Below, piece after piece: positions 13,107 to 27,569 of a DNA stretch of 64,000 nt. The DNA is from Octopus vulgaris. Lineage: Eukaryota. Positions within the stretch are counted from its first letter, which is position 1. Each line of letters opens with the position of its first letter. A model generated the notes under the pieces. It was not told the DNA's origin and made no database searches. It was given only the letters and a program-made list of their open reading frames with translations. A program made the translations under genes and the position numbers. Location of the stretch: contig OX597816.1 of assembly GCA_951406725.2 (NCBI GenBank), positions 31,186,001-31,250,000 on the forward strand. The letters are read 5' to 3'.

Positions 13107-13729
13107 TTACATACATACATGTTTATAATCTAGATACATAGATACATAAACATACTCACACGCATATATATATTATTTTGGGGATTATATCACGGAGCTC
13201 ATAAAATCTGGAACTGTTAGCACGTAAAAATTTGAATGAAAAATACATAGTCATAGAAAACTACGGAATGTTTCAATATTTCCAATCACTAACGTTTTTA
13301 TTCACAACTTTTATGTATATCGAAATCCAATTCCAAAAAGTGTAATTTTGTGCACTCTGAAAAGATTATAAATTCTTATGGCGTGCACAATGTTCGGTTT
13401 CGCGACTCTCCACGAAGTGATCCTCCCTACTCATTCGTGAAACCCATGCTATCGAGCAAGAATCTTACTCATACTGAGGCTGTGCCATATACAATCTGGA
13501 AATATACAGCTGCAAAGTAAGCATCATAAACATAACGTGTATATATTTCTGCATATGTATATACGTATGTATGTGTGAGAATGTATATATGTACACGTAA
13601 CTGCGTATGTTCTTATGGATTTCGCCTATGTATAATTAAATACAATGCCACCCAAAAGCTGGTAACGAAATACGTCGAGATAAACATTGAGATATTACTT
13701 TCAATGTTAAGCATTGCATTATTTATAAT

Positions 13730-13816
<87 letters not shown>

Positions 13817-14037
13817 GTTTTGCGTATATGCGTGTGTGTCTGTGTTCTTGTGTGTACGTTGTGAGTGTGTAGTATGTGCTAAACGTGTCTGTGCGCGGGT
13901 AATTGTGAGTTCCTATGTTTGATTTCTGTGTATCTATGCATATGTGTCACCATATCGACGCCTATTCTATCAGTATTTACTCTCGTTGAGATATAACCTG
14001 AAACACAAGCGTATACCCTCTTCACACAGGAACACAG

Positions 14038-14095
<58 letters not shown>

Positions 14096-14236
14096 GCATA
14101 TACATACGTATATATATATGTATATATATTTAATCAGAATGCACTTTCAATTATATTGCATTTTTCTCTCCAAATAAGATATTGAATATAACTGATTTAT
14201 AAAAATGTCCAAAACACACACACACGCGCACACATA

Positions 14237-14273
<37 letters not shown>

Positions 14274-14288
14274 GCACACACACACACA

Positions 14289-14330
<42 letters not shown>

Positions 14331-15103
14331 TATATGTATTTATCAGAGGTGAAAATTAATTTCTACTCCATTCAAATAATCCCAATTAATTCCATTTGAC
14401 GTTCAGGAATGTGTGCAATGATGAAGAGGCTGAAACGTGATGAGAAATATTCCAATACTATTCCATATAAACCCAAGAGAATATATACTACCACTTATGG
14501 CCACTAAATTATTTTAAACCTCAACCACAATGATATATCCATATTCCAGCATGTAGTATCTCGTTATGCGTGGGATATGAAATATTCAGTCACATTGCTG
14601 AGTTTCTGTACTTTTAACAAATCCTACATATCTAACTCTATGTAGAAAAAATAATAGAACATTTTGCTAGTAATGAATTCGTATTTAATATTCCAGCTGA
14701 TGAAATTGAAATATATTTGACATTGTCGTCTACAAGTCGGTCGGATTACTTAGGGCTTCGGAGAATTTGAAATGTATCTGAATTATTGGTACAGACCTTG
14801 TTGATTCATTATTTGAAAAACTGAAGCACACATATATTCAACAATTTTTTATCCAGCACTTTTCTATTTATGTGGCACTCTTAGGATCAATATCAAAATG
14901 TCGAACAACGGATGAATTTCCAAATCAACAGAGAAGACACCCCAGAATATTTCACTGTATTTTTCTGTTATGGCAGTTTTAGTTAAGCGTATTTTACAAG
15001 TTTGTGTGGCTATAATTCAGTTATGCGCATGTATATCTGAATACATATCTATCAAACATATATTTGTTTGTGTGTGTGTGCTTGTAGATATATAAATATA
15101 TAC

Positions 15104-15263
15104 AGGAGTGGCTGTGTGGTAAGTAGTTTGCTTACCAGCCACATGGTTCTGGGTTCAGACCCACTGCGTGGCATCTTGGGCAAGTGTCTTCTACTATAGC
15201 CTCAGGCCGACCAAAGCCTTCTGAGTGGATTTGGTAGACGGAAACTGAAAGAAGCCCGTCGTA

Positions 15264-15316
<53 letters not shown>

Positions 15317-15528
15317 CTGTATGTTTGTGTGTCTGTGTTTGTACCCCTAGCATTGCTTGACAACCGATGCTGGTGTGTTTACGTCCCCGTCCCTTAGCGG
15401 TTCGGCAAAAGAGACCGAGAGAACAAGTACTGGGCTTACAAAGAATAAGTCCCGGAGTCGATTTGCTCGACTAAAGGTGGTGCTTCAGCATGGCCGCAGT
15501 CAAATGACTGAAACAAGTAAAAAAGAGT

Positions 15529-15530
<2 letters not shown>
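15104..15530 (+). mobile_element. tRNA-derived SINE type A (CORE-like middle, internal TA/TG microsatellite, LINE-like tail)
   Basis: A box TGGCTGTGTGG, B box GGTTCAGACCC, GGCATCTTGGGCAAGTGTCTT; tail GGTGGTGCTTCAGCATGGCCGCAGTCAAATGACTGAAAC; several copies in the window. Confidence 0.9.
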
Positions 15531-15583
<53 letters not shown>

Positions 15584-15611
15584 CAAATAAGTGACAATGA
15601 TATCAAGTTAT

Positions 15612-15702
15612 TAGTGCATTACGGCCGTTTCAGGTGGTTCCATTTCATCGAACAATGCAACCATAACATCAATTTGAAACACACTGCCTTCTTCGGAGCA
15701 TA
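15612..15702 (-). ncRNA. hammerhead-like motif with long stem II insert (Penelope pLTR remnant next to (TA)n)
   Basis: Minus strand TGCT-CCGAAGA-AGG...CCT-GAAAC-GGCC-GTA-ATGCA; palindromic stem III ACGGCCGT. Confidence 0.55.
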
Positions 15703-16227
15703 AGACTGTATAGGTTTTCAACATACAGGATATAGCATTAATTTTTTTTAGCAAATATTTCCTCAGAACGAGAGAATAAAATAATTGCACCCTTTATGCT
15801 TGTGGCAGAATTGTAGCACAATAAACTTAGGGAAGAGAATAACAATGGGGTTCATGAGATGGTAATACTGTTCCATTTAGCAACGTTCTTATCACCATCA
15901 AAAAATCTAATGCAACTTGTATACAATGTCCACTAAGAATTAAAACAACATGACTGTTAAGTTCTAACTAGTGATAAGAAATTAATTAAATTTCTTTGGC
16001 TATAAATTCCCAATGACTACAGAAAGAAACAAATCTCAGAAGAAGTCAGTAAGATAGTAGTATATGCCCAGAAAGAGGTGGGTAGGGGTGGCCTAAACTA
16101 TTTTATTATTATATGCTAAAGGGGCCGAAAATAGAAAACAAAGGACGCCACAATAAGATCTAAATGGACATTAAGAGGACAGGGGGAAAACATAACCAAA
16201 TTTTATTAATATATATATATATATATA

Positions 16228-16247
16228 TAATAATAATAATTATTATT

Positions 16248-16330
<83 letters not shown>

Positions 16331-16337
16331 CATTATT
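16228..16337. repeat. (AAT)n/(ATT)n microsatellite
   Basis: Directly visible. Confidence 0.95.
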
Positions 16338-17109
16338 TGCATAACAAATCATAAAATTTTTAAAATTCAGAAAGGGATATAGACATCAAATAAGATAAAA
16401 AAAGTATACATTAAACAATTTAATCCCTAAAAAATTCGAGTATTTTATATAGAATAGAAGCATCATAGTACTTCATCGTAGGCAAATTTTTAAGGTGGTG
16501 ATGATAAACTCATTCAGATATCATGGGAGAAAGCCAGGTATTAAATGGAAAATGAGGTAATTAATTCGATAACAGATAAATTTTGATGATTCTTGGTATT
16601 AATTTTATGTGACAATTTTTTTTATTTCGTATCCTATGTCAATTTTTTAATAACTTTTCTTACTCCGTTTAACATAGGTATAACCTTTGAGAATCATATT
16701 AGTATCTTATTTACATAGAGCTTCTAGATAACGACTTCCTTTAACACCCTGGCCCCTCCTTCTAATTGCACCCTCCTATCAATAACTTGTAGTATTCCTT
16801 AGTACGTTAATAGTTCATTCACTCATTTACGTTCTTTGGGCTCGGATGGTAAATAATTATGTGCACTTAGCATATTGGGCTTTTAGACCATTTGTCTGAA
16901 TCATGTTTTCTTACCTCTTTCCCTCTCCCTTTTGTTTATATTATATGCTCTTTTCACTCTGATGTATATCCGCTGCGTTAATTCGAATGATGAAGAATAT
17001 ACTTATATTTTGCAATTGGTCAAAGATCGTTTCATCGCTTGAACGAATGTTTAGAATTTCAATTATGCATGAATGTTTAAATGCTCTATACATATCATGC
17101 TTCACACAT

Positions 17110-17236
17110 GAAGAAGAAGAAAAAGAAGAAGAAGAAGGAGGTGAAGAAGAAGAAGAAGAAGGAGGAGGAGAAGGAGAAGAAGAAGAAGAAGAAGAAGAAG
17201 AAGAAGAAGAAGAAGAAGAAGAAGAAGAAGAAGAGG
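17110..17236. repeat. (GAA)n/(GGA)n purine tract
   Basis: Directly visible; source of the poly-E, poly-K and poly-S ORFs. Confidence 0.95.
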
Positions 17237-17434
17237 AATGCAGCATGCATTCTATACCAGCTGCATATAGTGATAAAAATCGGAAGTTTTATAAAATTAT
17301 TTCGAATGTCTATCAGATATTTTAATTCGAAATAAGAGTGTGTGTGTGTGTGTGCGTGTGTGTGTGTGTATGTGTACCTTGTGTGTATATCCGTTTATAT
17401 ATATTTGCGAATGTATATATCAAATATATATTCG

Positions 17435-17509
<75 letters not shown>

Positions 17510-17511
17510 CA

Positions 17512-17574
<63 letters not shown>

Positions 17575-18190
17575 TTATGTATATATTGAAGCATGATTTA
17601 TCAAAGTTATAAAGATGTATATTTCAACGAAAATTCCCTATGCTAAGACAATTATGATGATTTTTCCTTTCTTTTATACCTTATCATTACTAATTTTCGT
17701 TGCTTCTCCTATAATTAGAACAGAATAAATTGGCTAGCCAAAAGACTTTTAACCTTGTAAAGAATTACGACAATGGAAAATTCACCGGACGGAACATATT
17801 TATTGGTCTTTGTAAAATATATATGTATTATATCAATGTTAAACAAACGGATGATTTCTAAGGCATCTGATGACATTACTTTAGTTTTGCCGGAAATACA
17901 ATTATATTCTGTGAGATTTCTATTTGTATTAATATTCAGTTTTTATAATTATCAAGTGTTAACGTAATGAGTTAGCAATGAAATCATAAAAAGTCATAAA
18001 TAAAATCTATTGTTGTTGCAGACATATCTTATGCTTCGTATTACTTCAGAATTCTGAGAAAGAAATTTCGAGATTATGACAGGAAATGTTTGTTATAGGT
18101 TACGTTACACTTGGTAGCGTAGTCTCTAACAAACAACTGTGGCTATCATGATTTCTCTCAATCTATCTATCTACCTATGTATCTACATAA

Positions 18191-18286
<96 letters not shown>

Positions 18287-20385
18287 AATAAATGTTTTTA
18301 TATATAATGAACGTGAAATACAGGAAGGGACGAACACGGAACACAGACAAATCATTCGAAGCCTTCAATCTTCAGTCAGACACCGAATCATCATAGCAAA
18401 TTTCGGCTGTTCAATTCTGATATTTGCTCCAACTCGGCCACCCCAAGAAAAAAACTAAGCTGTAAGCATTAGATTTCTTGGTAGAAGACAGGAATGTGAA
18501 CGCACAAGACGGATGTAAATACAAGAGACGAGAACGAAATTGAAAACAGTAATGAATAAACAAAATATATATAACGGTGGTTGTCATACGACTTTAGACC
18601 TAATGAGACAAAAACAACAACATAGCAGCTGGCGTAGAAATAATTACCGTTTCGGTAGCGGGGACACATGTTGGTCGAGATACTATATATATATATATAT
18701 GTATATCTATATATATATACATGCAAACATACATACATAAATATAGGCATGCACACACACATATACATATGTATATGAAGAGAAATACACAATAGCTGAT
18801 ACCATGGGAACTTTGTATTGTCGACGTATTGTGGCGTGTGTTATATAAAATGTATAGAGGTAATCATGGCGTATCACCAGAAACATACACTAAACACTAT
18901 TCATAGCATGCTTACTTTAAACGAAGCACATGCAGTTCGTCATATATTTTTTTTATTCCGTTTGTACGTATATTAAATTAGACGGAATTACTGCCGGTTT
19001 TTAATTGAGAATAATTCGTTTTGAAAATTAGTAGTTCATAATCACATTTTGGATGATAGAGCCCTGTGCATGCCCGATTTTTTTTTTTTCAGCGATGAAG
19101 AGCTGTGTTCTTTTTCTTCGAAAGAAAATATATTTAGGGAAGCTGTTTTGCTAAAACAACAATTGAAACTTAGTGTCGTTCTCATTTGTATAATGCATCA
19201 ATGTATTAGCTTTCCAGAAAGAATATTCTACATCCTCTTTTGATCTTTTAGAATAAATATTATACCCTCTCGCAGACGGCATTCAGTAGTCGATCAACTA
19301 GATCAACACACCTGATGATTGATTAATCTAGATACAAGAATAATTGTGTATTGAATAGTGACACATATTTGTTAAAATTTTTGTTGTATAAGGTTTAGCA
19401 ACAGGAGCCACAAGGGGCACAACAACAGTAGTATATGAATAAGGATTCGAAAATGTGTATCTGCCTTAATGGAGAGGAAAGCTAAGCATCAAATAACTAT
19501 TTAGGATCCTATAAATTGAAACATATTCCGACGATATATTAAGCATAGGTAATGTATGGAGAATAAAGTCGAAAACAAAAACCAATTTTATTTGGAACAA
19601 ACGTATACAATTTTTTAAATGTTAGCTAGTATTATAACAACTTTTAAGGCCAATGTTACCTAGTTACCAAGGAAAAGGTATTCACACGTACGCTGTTCTT
19701 AGATATTATTAAATAAATTTTACTTTCTTCATTTCTAAGGAAGGTGAAATACGAGCGTTTTTATTCTGTTCTCGTTTTATTGTTTCATGCTTGGTGAATG
19801 AAGAGGCGAAAGAAACATTATATCACATTTTATAATGGAAACACGTATTTCATTTACTTATGTTTCAATTAATTTTTCATGCACTGTAGACGACTACGGA
19901 CATATTTAAGGTGACATAGTAAGGTGATAAGTGAAGTATATTCTTTATCGTATACATTAAGGAATAAGTAAATATATTTCCAAGCAAGTACACTGCTTGA
20001 TATTGTAAACTAAAATTGTTTGGGTAATGAATATTTTAAGATCCCCATCTGCACAAGTATTTTTCGGTAAATTGAAGCTAATCGTATTTCAATCATGAAC
20101 TGTTCGTTAAAATATTAAGTCTTGTATAAATGCATTCATGTCTCTATATTATATTATGCTCTTCCTTCTGTACTTCTATGTTTCAAATGTTTCTTAGAAT
20201 ATCAAATATATTAATTTAATAATGTAATGAATTACAATTTTATAAGCTGGATGATGAGAGTGAATAACAAATTTGCATATACGTGCGTATATATGCGCAC
20301 GTATACATACATATATATATACACATTTTTTGTGTAATAAGATAAAAATCCAAGGCTGTATAGATATTAGAGCATTTATAGATAT

Positions 20386-20437
20386 GTCTTACATATGTTT
20401 CTAGGATATTAATTAATAATATCCCTTCATCGGAGAG
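20386..20437 (-). ncRNA. well-preserved minimal type I hammerhead-like motif (Penelope pLTR type)
   Basis: Minus strand TCT-CCGATGA-AG-GGATATTA-TTAAT-TAATATCC-TA-GAAAC-ATAT-GTA-AGA; 8-bp stem II, palindromic stem III ACATATGT, GUA triplet. Confidence 0.7.
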
Positions 20438-21281
20438 GGTGTGAGAGGAGAGTTAAGTCATAGTTAGTTTAGATGTGATACAAAATAGAGAGTGAGATGG
20501 AGGAAAGAAAATAGATGCAAGATATGTATGGGCATTGAAGATGTAAATCCGTTTCATAGGCACAATGGTATATTTGCTATATTCCAATATCCTTTGAGCA
20601 AAATCCAAAAGTCCAACATAATTTAGTATGAGTCCTTACAAATATAGAGTTTATAAGCAATGTAAGATTCCCCTATGATTGAGATCCAACAGATTTTTAA
20701 ACTTGGTCATTCCCAGTAGGAAATTTTTATACAGTGTTGCAGAGTCAAAGATTTGTATTTAAAATGACCTAGAAATAGAAAGTGTATTAGTCTGTTCGAA
20801 TTGAAAACAGGAAGAGAGGAATGGAAGAAAAAAAACGAGGAAGAGAAAAAGGAGGAGAAAAAGAAAAAATGAAAGAGAAAGGAGAGACAAGATTAGTAAA
20901 AATAACGAAATAATAAAAAATAACGAATAAAATCAATGAAGATAGGAATAAAGGGAATAAAGTAAAAAAAGAAAAAAGAAAAATTAAGATATAGATCAAT
21001 CAGTGGTCAGTGGAGATAATTTGAATGTAGGAGTGGGGATAGAGAGAGAAAGGTGTTATAGTGTAAACTCTAGAGGAAGGGGGAGTTCAGAGGTAAAGGA
21101 ATGACCAATGTGTAGTAGTATAGTCTAATGTCGGGGCAAAGTTATGAAGAATTAACAACATAGCAGTTCCGTGCTTCGTAATCTGAGAAAATATATATGT
21201 GACGATGTATATACATGTATATATCATATAAGTTACATATACAATCCTTATTCGCATGCGTATGCATTCATATGTAACATA

Positions 21282-21335
<54 letters not shown>

Positions 21336-21386
21336 TGTGTGTGTGTGTGTATTTGTATATATATTGTATCATATGAGTATCAGTAT

Positions 21387-21439
<53 letters not shown>

Positions 21440-22613
21440 TATAAATATACAAACACGTATGTGAGAGACAATATATATATATATATAAACAAACTGAAAT
21501 GCAAGCATGCAACGAAAAATAGCACATGTGTGACATACTGAGATTTTATTATTATACTAATAGTATTTCTTTCAAAGGAATATAATTTATTGATATATAT
21601 ATCCATTGGAACAGAGGAAAAATGGGATGAATATCCTTTGCAATTTCTCTGCAAAAGGTTTAACATATTATATATGCTCAGTCTTGAATCGAATCCAAAT
21701 ATTCCCCACGTTCAACTCAAGCGAAGGTAAACCGCATATTTAAAATTCATATATGAAAAAGAGTAAATCTGCTTCCAAGAAGTAAACATGTATCCACATT
21801 AAGAAATAAAGTATACATGAAATAGCTTGGTACACCATGGAGTTGCACCCACGATCCCAAGGTCAAAATACTCCCTGCTGGTTATATTTGAAGGACTCAA
21901 TATGGATACTGTCACATAACCCAGTAAAAAATATTTAAGCAAGCAGTACAAGGCATTTTCGTCCTGCGTTCATAAACTTTTAAACATTTAAAATCTACCT
22001 AAAATTAATCTAAAAAATTACTTTCAGTAAATAAATAATTACTTTCACCTATCATATTTTCTTCTGTATTTTATTCTATAGATTCAGAATTTATACCTCT
22101 CCCATAAGTCATATAACAATAACTCACCTACTCCTTAGTTTATGCAATGTCTGTTCAATAGTAACCCTATTAAAAAGAATGGCATAAAAGAAGCGTTCAC
22201 TTTTTGTGTTCATAAATGTACCAAGGCTTTAAGATTTGTCTACACGCCCAATGCTAGTAAGACAGCTACATCTATATACTTATGTAATATTTTTACATTA
22301 ATAAGTAGTTCATTACCACACTTAATTAAATTAGTATACTTAATTTCACCATAAATTTTTATTATATATTTTTTTCTTTTGCTACAATTTACTTTCCTAC
22401 ATTAATTACTTTTCTATAGCCCATCTAGATTATGATTTATATAATACCTATTATAATTAAACAAAGACAAATATAAATTTATATACTTGCATTGACAGGT
22501 ATCTTTTTTTACTGAAGATATTTTCTTGCTTAATTACAATTCTATCGTTTAATATCACTCTACCTCACTCACGTACGTTATAATTCATATCATAAGAACC
22601 TAGCGCTAACATT

Positions 22614-22692
<79 letters not shown>

Positions 22693-22819
22693 AGAATTAT
22701 TGCTGTTAAAACAGTAATAATGAGGCGGTTAGCAAGACATCTATCTTTATAGATATGATATTAAATTTTAACAGCAATAGGCGTTTTTTTTTAAACTTCA
22801 TCAAATAAATATTTCCAGA

Positions 22820-23620
22820 ATTTTATTGAACCCTGTGTTTTCGCACCCGGTTATTAAACCCCTAAGATGCCGCTCAATTGCCCTACAGCTTCTAAGACTT
22901 CTAGCAGGGGACCTAAGCACCAGAAAAATGTTTGACCCTCCATGAGAATGCACAACAGCTGGATATAATCCGGGAAGGTAAAATTTATGCTGCAGTAGAG
23001 ACTGGCTTGTTCTGGAAGAACATGTCTTCCAGAACGTAATCCTGAAGGATGAAGCCAGAGCCCCAGTATTTAAGGCACAGAAGAACAGAATGATGCTATA
23101 TATGTGTGGCAAGGTTGCTGGCTTCATAATGGAACCTGAACTTATCGACAAGTCCGTGAACCCGAGGGCCTTCAAAAGTAAGAATAAAAATCTGCTGCCT
23201 GTCCCCTGGATGCACAAGGTTTGGATTACTACAAGTCTAACTTTGAATTGGTTCCACCAATACTTCATCTCTCAAACCAAGGAATACTTCCGAAATGTTT
23301 GCATAGAATCCAAGGTGTTGTTTGTTGTGGCTAGTGCTGGTAGTCAATCTTTTGATTTGAATAACGAGGGAGTTCGTGTCGAGTCCTCCCTGCCAAAATC
23401 ACCTCCCTCGTCCAGCCTATGGATCAAAGCGTGATTCGTGCCCTCAAGGCACAGTACACACGGATCTATCTCCAACACCTTCTGATTGCAATGGATTCGG
23501 ACGAGAATTTAAAGTTAAAGGAGTACTGTCGTAATTTTCCACTCTTCCCTTAAAGACATGAAAAAAGAAACCCCCATCGCATGCTGGAAGAAAATGTGTA
23601 GATATATATATATAAATACA

Positions 23621-23718
<98 letters not shown>

Positions 23719-23828
23719 ATATTTTGACATTTATAGGCATTTTTATGGACCACGTCCAATATTTTCAGATTTTCACTACTCACGGGGGCTCTAAGAACGT
23801 AACCTCCGTGAATACCGGGGGACCACTG
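22820..23828 (+). mobile_element. pogo/Tigger DNA transposon remnant, internally deleted
   Basis: Fragments ETGLFWKNMSSRT, AQKNRMML, KSVNPRAFKSKNKNLLPVPW, WFHQYF (Tigger/DDE_1-like); right TIR CCGTGAATACCGGGGGACCACTG ending at 23828. Confidence 0.85.
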
Positions 23829-23892
23829 TGTGTATCTCTCTGTCTCTCTGTCTGTCTGTCTCTCTCTCTGTCTCTCTGTCTCTCTCTCTCTG

Positions 23893-23930
<38 letters not shown>

Positions 23931-23931
23931 A

Positions 23932-23966
<35 letters not shown>

Positions 23967-24355
23967 CATTTATTTCTAATAAGCGTGCTCTTTCACGAAT
24001 ATTCTCATATTTTTATGTTTTATGCTTCTGTATGGACTTGTGCCAAAATTGTGCTAATCAATACATTTTACTATAGCCTGTTGAGACGTTGCTCCACTCC
24101 ATCCCACTCCAGAGTGCTGACAGGCTATCCTAATGTGCTTTCATTTATCTTATCTTCTTTACAACCTTTTTGCATTACCTTTTCGCTCATTCCTTATCAG
24201 TAGAGCGTACAATAATCCCTATCTTTCTAAACACATGCATGAATGCATCACGAGTATGCACATATGAGTATGTGTGTGCATTTCTGCGTGCTGTGTTCAT
24301 GCTCACATATATATATATGCATTGGTATATATGTATATATACGTATATGTGAATG

Positions 24356-24407
<52 letters not shown>

Positions 24408-24466
24408 TACATATACATATATGCCAAAGTATAAACTGTGAGGTTGAACATGTATATACATGTATG

Positions 24467-24502
<36 letters not shown>

Positions 24503-25119
24503 TAAGACACACGCACATATGCGTATACATACACACACATATATATGTATTTTTGTGTGTGTAGATATGGACATACGTATCTATTGTTACATGTGAGTCT
24601 TCATGCGTATATCTCGATTTGAGGTTGTATGAGTACGTTTGTGTATGTATTCATATATGTGTACACACACATACACACAGACAAATACACACAGATACAC
24701 ATACACAGACACACACACACACAAACACACATATATACATATATACATATGTAGCAACATACGTGAATGTATATGCGTCTATTTAATTCCTATGATATGT
24801 ACGCCCTAACTACAAATTTATCCTTACTTCACACAGTCCCTTATCATTTGAAGGCTGATATCAAACTCATTTCCCTTCAATAAGGGAATTGATAACTTCT
24901 CTCATACTTAACCTTGGATTTTCATGGATACTTCACCAATGTAACTGCTAGCAGGTATCATAGTTAACTAAATCTTTCGGTAATTCTTCGACCATGGAAA
25001 TATGAACAAATGTTAGCCTCCTAAATTTATGCCATGCTTAGTTATGGAAAGAATAGTTATCAACTAATATTCTTGTTTCAGGATATTCTTTATATATTTC
25101 TCTCCCTCTCTGTCTCTCA

Positions 25120-26836
25120 CCGGTGACGGAATACATTACTTACGTGGAAGACCCTCCATAATAATCTATTCTAGAAACCGGCAGATTTTTTGCTGCAAAC
25201 GGACAATATATGACGTTATGTGGATCCAAAAAAGGAATCCAGACACATACAGCAAAGAGACTGCAGAAGGTGAGTACCATTCTATTAAACAACGATTATA
25301 GAATGGAATATCTGCTTTCAAGAGATTGGGGGCATGTCGATGTTAATTACAATAAAATGACGAAATGCTTGAGCATCGTACCTGAACAACCAGCAACTTT
25401 GGAAGAAATAAAAAGACATGCGAGAAATGACAAATTTATTAATCAGATATGAAGAGGGGAAAGCACTCCGTCGGTTACGACGACGAGGGTTCCGGTTGAT
25501 CCGATCAACGGAACAGCCTGCTCGTGAAATTAACGTGTAAGTGGTTGAGCACTTCACAGACACGTGTACCCTTAACGTAGTTCTCGGGGATATTCAGCGT
25601 GACACAGAGAGTGACAAGGCCGGCCCTTTGAAATACAGGTACAACAGAAACAAGATGAAAGAGTGAGAGAAAGTTGTGGTGAAAGAGTAGTGCAGGGATC
25701 ATCACCATCCCTGCCGGAGCCTCGTGGAGCTTTAGGTGTTTTCGCTCAATAAACACTTACAACGCCCGGTCTGGGAATCGAAACCGCGATCCTACGACCG
25801 CGAGTCCGCTGCCCTAAACACTGGGCCATTGCACTTCCAGATATGAAGAAAGCTGTGTCCGACGAAAGGAAATAAAGAAATGTTTGATGCAAAGAACCAC
25901 CAAGATGTGAGAGTGTAGTCTATATGTGATGGTGAGGGTGGTCATACCACAGACATTTCAGAATAGAACGTTAAAAGAGTTCCATGTTAGACACCCAGGC
26001 ATCACTAGAATGAAAGCGCTGATGCGAAATTTCGTGTACTGGCCAAGCATGGAGAAAGAATTTGAAAACCTGTTAAAAGGCTGCAGAAAATGTGCGCTGA
26101 CAGCGAAACTACCTAATACAGAACGTTAACCATAGCCGGACGTGAAGACACCATGGTTCGGATTACATATCGATTTTGCAGGCCCGGTAAATGGATATTA
26201 TTACTTAATAGTAATGTACACCAACACAAAATGACCTCATGTCGGGTGGTGTATTTCAGCAACCTCATATACGTTAATAAACATCTTAGACGGGCTGTTC
26301 ATAAGATTTGGTGTACTGGACATAATTGTCTGTGATAACGGAACACAGTTTTTATCCTACGAATTTAAACGATTCTGTGAGATGTTAACGTTAGAACATA
26401 AAATTCTAGCACCGTATCACCCAAGATGGAATAGAAGGGCCCAACAATTAGTTGAGCGCCAGAAGGATGCTCATCAGCAGAATTAATGTTTGCCAGAAAG
26501 GTGAAGTCTGTATTCGATACACTGTTACCAGGGAAGGAAAACATACGTGCTAGTAAGCACATGCCAACATTTTGTACAATTGGTGATAAGGTATATGTAA
26601 GAAAGTACAATAATCGCAAGCAATGGAAATGGAAATAACGATGGATTGGCTATATGGCACTTTTCAGGTTTCAACACCGTTACAATAAGTGGAAAGCACA
26701 CGTACAAGGAAAAGGAAGAACACTGAATTCCTAAAAACAGACCTTAAGAAAGAAAGATATTGGGTATATAACAAAAAGGAGGAGGTCGAGGGAATAAAAG
26801 AAATTGATTGTTAAATAAAATAATTAAAAAGGGAGA
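25120..26836 (+). mobile_element. Gypsy/Ty3 LTR retrotransposon pol remnant (RNase H end, integrase)
   Basis: KKGIQTHTAKRLQ..ILLNNDYRMEY; HHCC HVRHPGITRMKALMRNFVYWP..CRKC; LHIDFAGP, DNGTQF, PYHP; stops and frameshifts; PPT AAAAAGGGAGA at 26826-26836. Confidence 0.9.
25456..25837 (-). mobile_element. tRNA-derived SINE type C inserted in the Gypsy remnant
   Basis: 12-bp TSD CAGATATGAAGA at 25444-25455 and 25838-25849; head TGGCCCAGTG...GGTTTCGATTCC on the minus strand. Confidence 0.9.
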
Positions 26837-27434
26837 TGTTGTATAGACAATCTATACCCCGCTCGGTAATAAGTGATTGGAGTCAGCCATTATGAATTGA
26901 CCAGTAGCTGGACTGAGAGGGTCGAGAGTCGAAGAGTTGAGAGTCGACAGTTCTAATCGATGTCTTGTCGAGCTATCATTGATAGTAAAACAGAAGTGTA
27001 TTACTATTCCGGTACGAAGAGATAGAACGGTACCCGTTGACTTGTAACTTTAGTGGCTACTAGCGTAAAACAGCAACTACAGTACAAAGGCAGTCACACA
27101 TTACATCAGTTGTGGGAACCCACGTTACACAAGTTTGTTATTTTATTGTTACCAATAACGATAACTGTCGAAAAATTGTGATGTTAAAACTATTTCCATT
27201 TTACTTTCATATGTTATTAATTTATCTTCGTTTATTATCTTCTTACACTGAAATTAGAATTTATACACTTTCCAAATTTAATTTTCCCAACAGAAATACT
27301 TAATTCCCATAACAAAATTTAGAAGTCGATAAAAATCAGTCTGGAAACTGTGGTGATTTCCATATTGGAAAACATTTTTTTTTCCAGATTACCGCAATAT
27401 ATCCGTGTGTTTATCACTGTGGTTCATATAAACA
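26837..27434 (+). repeat. probable 3' LTR of the Gypsy element
   Basis: Starts TGTTGTAT immediately after the PPT; candidate end ATAAACA; right boundary uncertain. Confidence 0.55.
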
Positions 27435-27569
27435 GTCGAACACTCACACGCGCGTACTTATACTGACAGACAGACATACACACACACCTACATACATATA
27501 AAAAATCAGAAAGAAGGGAGTATATATATGCATCAAACATATTTCAGCTAAAATAACATTGTTTGCAAA

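Noticed and set aside
15104-15175. tRNA-like A/B boxes (also at ~25770-25837, ~32110, ~38770-38832, ~56391)
   Set aside because: SINE heads, not tRNA genes: no complete cloverleaf and followed by SINE bodies
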